A stretch of 63,399 nucleotides of DNA, the filler included, from Chiloscyllium plagiosum (Eukaryota): NCBI RefSeq assembly GCF_004010195.1. It is 5 parts of one record of this genome, joined end to end, with 100 filler letters (N's around TTAATTAATTAA, not from the genome) between each part and the next. Parts side by side here need not be neighbours in the genome. Positions count along the whole stretch, not along the records: positions 56,951 to 63,399 come from NC_057710.1; 4 more parts are not named here. One strand, written 5' to 3'. Each line of letters starts with the position of its first letter. Position 1 is the stretch's first letter. Below, piece after piece: positions 60,528 through 63,399 of this stretch. The notes under the pieces were generated by a model that saw only the letters and a list, made by a program, of their open reading frames with translations, had not been told where the DNA came from and searched no databases. Made by a program: the position numbers and the translations under genes.

Positions 60528-61031
60528 TTTGTTTGTGAGCAGTGCGGGCAGATCATTATACGATCAAAGAAACTCAGACAGAGGCATACAGGACTGAATT
60601 TCACACATTTATCATTTAAGTTTAAAAGTGGAGGACGGTTATAAGAAATATTAGAGTTAGATCTGCTGTAGGGGGTTCCCAAGGAGCTGCACTGTGTGGG
60701 CACCATCTTGTCTTTTACACTCCCCAGCTCCCTGGTGATGTTTCGGTGATATCGGCTGAGAAGTTTCTGCCAGGCAGAGGGAAAGGTCCTCTCAGTGTAA
60801 TCGTTCCTGACAGGGGCAGATGGATGCCTGTTCCTGAAAGCCCACTGTCCAGCACTCTCACAGCACCCCTGTGAGAGAGGGCCACCTTTGTCCATCAACT
60901 CAGGGCGCTGCGGATCCGAACTCTCTCCTGTGTGACCGGGAGCTCAGGATCAGGGTCAGGGCTGGTCAGTCTTTTTCAGAAGCAGAACGCTGGTCCCTTC
61001 TTTTTCAATGCAAGCTTGCAGGGAACACACA

Positions 61032-61104
61032 GTGTGTGTGTGTGTGTTTTGTTTGTGTGTGTATGTGTGTGTGTGTGTTGTGTGTGTGCGTGTGTGTGTG
61101 TGTG
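61032..61104. repeat. (TG)n microsatellite
   Basis: Visible imperfect TG run. Confidence 0.9.
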
Positions 61105-61419
61105 CTGACGCTTTGCCACTCACACTCTTTTTTTAAATTCTTTATCCACAGACATACCGAGTAAACACATTCTCGTCATATCCTGACAAATTCTGTGCCT
61201 CTGTTGGATCTTTATGTCATGTTTGTTTTAACTCTCTCATCTGCAATTCTCTGAATGTATTACTCCGTGAAATGATTTACAAATATTATCGCTGTCCATT
61301 CAGGTTAACGTCTCAGAATGAGAAATCCAATTTCAGAAAGATATCTTTTCTCTATTCCACCTCCGTCCTAACAATAAATCCAATGATATTGAAAGATGCA
61401 AAAAATCACTACCAAAAAC

Positions 61420-62180
61420 AAAAAGAACATTTCTGAATAAATCAGGTTGTTGTTCCCAACATTTACGGACATTGTCAGTCCTGAGTGCGAACTTTTTTAT
61501 GGAATGTACCTAGCCAACTGCTGCAGAGCATAAGCTTCCTGTCCAGAAGCATGTTACGCTTGAGTTGATACTGTTTTCTGCTACTGTACATCAACGGCGA
61601 AGAAAGTGAATGGGGAAGGTGATTGGCAATCAAACGTGCAGTTTTGTCCCAGATGTTGATAAGCTACTTGTTTTGTTGATGCGTTCAACCAGGCGTGTGG
61701 AGAGCATTGCATATGACTCCTGACTTATGGCTTGTCACTGATGGGCAGTCAAGCGATAAGATCAGCGCTGCAAAATCTTTCGCCTCTGCTCTAATTTTGT
61801 TTCAACTGCAGTTATATGGTTAGTCCTGTTCAGTTTATAGTCAATAGTACATCCCCAGAATACTGATCGTGAATGATTCAATACTGATATTGCTGTTGAA
61901 TGTCAACAAGGGATACTCAGATTGTCTCTCGTTGAAGATGGTAATTCGCACTGTTCAGGTTAGGGTGGTAAGTATTTTCTCAATGAGAACAAAGCTGCCA
62001 TGACAGCGAGCCAACTTACAACCTTAACATAGTGATCTGCGCTGCTTTAGTTTCTGAGCAGTTGAAAATGATGCCGAATATTGTACAATCGTCAACCAAC
62101 ACCTTCACTTCGGCAGGTAAAGGCATTAGCAAAGCAGCTGAAAGTTGTTGGGACAAGGATTCGACCCTGAGGAACTCCAA
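61420..62180 (-). mobile_element. Very old CR1/L2-type RT region
   Basis: GVPQGRILVPTTFSCF motif and a degenerate DDCT motif. Confidence 0.6.
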
Positions 62181-62182
62181 AA

Positions 62183-62275
62183 GGTAAGTTAGAACTACAG
62201 ATGCTGGAGTTCAGAGTCGAAATTGTGGTGCTGGAAAAGCATGTGAGGCAGCATCGGATGAGTAGGAGAATCAAA
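62183..62275 (-). mobile_element. PLE mini-element relic
   Basis: cagatgctggag...gtggtgctggaaaagca...ggagaatc. Confidence 0.65.
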
Positions 62276-63399
62276 ACGTCACTGTCCGCGCCACCCCTGC
62301 ACATGCGTCCTGATCCCTGGCCAAGATGGCGGCTGCACCTCTCGGAACGCAAAATATTTACCCACAAGTTATTTTTCAATGTGCTCGCTTGTCACTGGAA
62401 TGGTGGATAAACACTTTCGGCCTCAATCCCTCTCTCTGTCTCATGTATACTTACCGTCTTGAAAAGCAAAGCTCTTCCCATTTACCGCAGAGTGAAGGCT
62501 GGCACTCCAAAGGAACCGTCCTCTCCTCTAATGATTATAGAGAACATTCATCACCCGGAGAATTCTGGGTAGTTGCTCCGTCATGGAATCCAATGCTTAT
62601 AGAAGATTTATTATATTTATTAGTAATTTTCTCCATCCTACATTTGAAACTTCTGCTATGCAAATAATCTTTTAGAACAAAATTAGCGGATAGACTGACA
62701 TCTTAAAATTGATGCATCTATCACATCACTCAAACCATCTCTGCAATATGACCTTGTATTTAAAATAATGGATCCCTCAAATCATTTTGTAAATTGCGAT
62801 CCTGAACTGATGGCGATGGATTTTGGAAACCGATTTAAAAGGTAGATATTTAGTCCTCAAACCAAGAGATATATTTGTTTTTTCTGAATATCTCTCAACG
62901 CATTTGTTTTGTCATTTCATTTTACAGAGAAGTGGAAGATAAGAAAACTGAAGTGTTTCTCTGCTTCCAGCTCTGTGTGCCAGCCTTTCCGATACAAGTT
63001 CCAGCAGGAGATTTTACTTTGAAGCACGATGAAATTGTTTCAAAGGTGAATAGTATTGAGCATTCATCTGTAATCAGTACTTGACTTTCTTTGCTGTCAT
63101 TCATGGGTCAGGACCTGCTGTGATCCATTCAATGTGGATCTGCATTTATGTCCATTCATTACTCTGTTTCATCCCTGTCGGCCACGATAATCTTTTTGCC
63201 ATTGTCCTATCTGCACTACCTTTAATGCTAAGTAATTTAAACACAAGTGATAGATTATTTTTGCTTTTTTTCATTCATATGTTGCTAATTTATTCCACTC
63301 GGATACGTGGCCACCCTGACAAACATCACTCAGACTCGCCTATGCTCCTTGTTGCTTTTCTTCTTCGTGCTCCTACTTACAAACTCTAATCCCTTCCTT

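Overview
Repeat-dominated non-coding vertebrate DNA, almost certainly from a cartilaginous fish. That assignment is inferred from the HE1-type V-SINEs, CR1 LINEs with an esterase ORF1, and a 33-bp minisatellite. No intact host gene is supportable. The window is a nested mosaic of CR1 LINEs (one near-complete copy at ~27.3-31.6 kb), Tx1/L1 and Rex1/Babar LINEs, a second CR1/L2-type LINE with a partner SINE, Penelope-like elements (PLEs, Neptune- and Poseidon-type GIY-YIG), LTR relics, satellites and assembly gaps. The most interesting signal is a set of more than 15 minimal hammerhead ribozyme (HHR) motifs. Many sit in ~90-200 bp PLE-derived non-coding mini-elements flanked by 8-15 bp target-site duplications (TSDs). 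Several of these form fold-back palindromes that turn around inside the ribozyme, and one is flanked by a 165-bp duplication. Two L1-clade insertions hit the same nucleotide of one LTR-like repeat family. The 33-bp satellite appears to derive from a Deu-SINE core. Boundaries of decayed repeats are approximate, and family names are from recognition rather than a database search.
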